From: a virus
Taxonomy: Duplodnaviria > Heunggongvirae > Uroviricota > Caudoviricetes
IMG/VR virus record: IMGVR_UViG_3300049003_000001
Location: 1-13,659 of that record
Length of the DNA stretch: 13,659 bases
Strand: one strand, 5' to 3'
In this document: in pieces, positions 13,204-13,659 of the stretch
How positions within the stretch are numbered: the stretch's first letter is position 1
Layout: each line of letters opens with the position of its first letter
The notes under the pieces: generated by a model
What the model was told of the DNA's origin: nothing
Seen by the model: the letters and a program-made list of their open reading frames with translations, nothing else
The model's database searches: none
Program-made: the position numbers and the translations under genes

Positions 13204-13659
13204 GCAAGTCGCTCGTAGCCGCTCGTTTCACCATGTGGGCAACCGTAATCCCGAGGTTGGTCGCAGGAGACAGCGCGTCTCCGGTAGCTGACGAGGCCGG
13301 GCATTACGAGTTCGTGTCCGATCCGGATTCCGGAGAGGTGAAGACGGTTTGGGTGCCAGAGGGAAATGACCCGCAGGGATTTGCGCCGGGAGGTCAGATG
13401 GCTACCCGCAACTTTGACATTAAGTGCTACGCCCGCTCGTACACCGCTCTAGGCTACCGTTCCAGCGCTAACCGCGAAATCATGGTGCAGCAGGACTATC
13501 AGGCTATCGAATCCATTCAGTTCGATTTCCCGAAGGACGTTCTACTCAATCGCCAGACGTTCGTGACTAATATCCGTAGCCACAAGAACCTGCCAGACTA
13601 CCTCTGGCTACACGAGGACAGCGGCCAGCCGATTGTGTGGGAATGCCAGGGTGTTTCCC
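13200..13659 (+). CDS. Probable head closure / head-to-tail stopper protein, 3'-truncated (absent from the ORF track)
   Basis: TTG at 13200 overlapping the adaptor stop (TTGA); frame open to the window end: MSKSLVAARFTMWATVIP...DPDSGEVKTVW...FDIKCYAR...TNIRSH...IVWECQGVS. Alternative ATG at 13233. Product call rests on gene order and a beta-rich pattern. Confidence 0.6.
   Translation, partial: MSKSLVAARFTMWATVIPRLVAGDSASPVADEAGHYEFVSDPDSGEVKTVWVPEGNDPQGFAPGGQMATRNFDIKCYARSYTALGYRSSANREIMVQQDYQAIESIQFDFPKDVLLNRQTFVTNIRSHKNLPDYLWLHEDSGQPIVWECQGVS

Noticed and set aside
1-13659. CRISPR array, tRNA/rRNA genes, IS elements, introns or inteins
   Set aside because: No regularly spaced identical repeats, cloverleaf-like intergenic space, transposase or homing-endonuclease motifs seen; all intergenic gaps are under 100 nt.

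Overview
Late (virion morphogenesis) region of a tailed dsDNA phage with an HK97-type head; every real gene is on the + strand. Order: portal (5'-truncated), capsid maturation protease fused to an acidic scaffold (with a probable nested in-frame scaffold start), major capsid protein, intrinsic terminator, small HeH-like/acidic protein, two small beta-sandwich (adaptor-like) proteins, two collagen-containing fibre proteins, a lectin-like protein ending in Tyr-Pro repeats, four tandem short fibre/adhesin paralogues sharing an N-terminal 'MSYTKQTW...TPI.A.RLN.IEAGI' module, head-to-tail adaptor, and a 3'-truncated head-closure (stopper)-like gene. The most unusual aspect is the ~8 kb block of adaptor and fibre/adhesin genes inserted between the major capsid and neck genes rather than after the tape measure gene. 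I also find at least four sigma70-type promoters (TTGnnn-N17-TAnnnT) in the intergenic gaps, two or three placed to give leaderless mRNAs, and no CTG among 51 Leu codons of the protease and capsid genes. An actinobacterial host is suggested by leaderless starts, moderately high GC and the fibre motifs, but this is inference. Family assignments are from motif recognition, not database searches.
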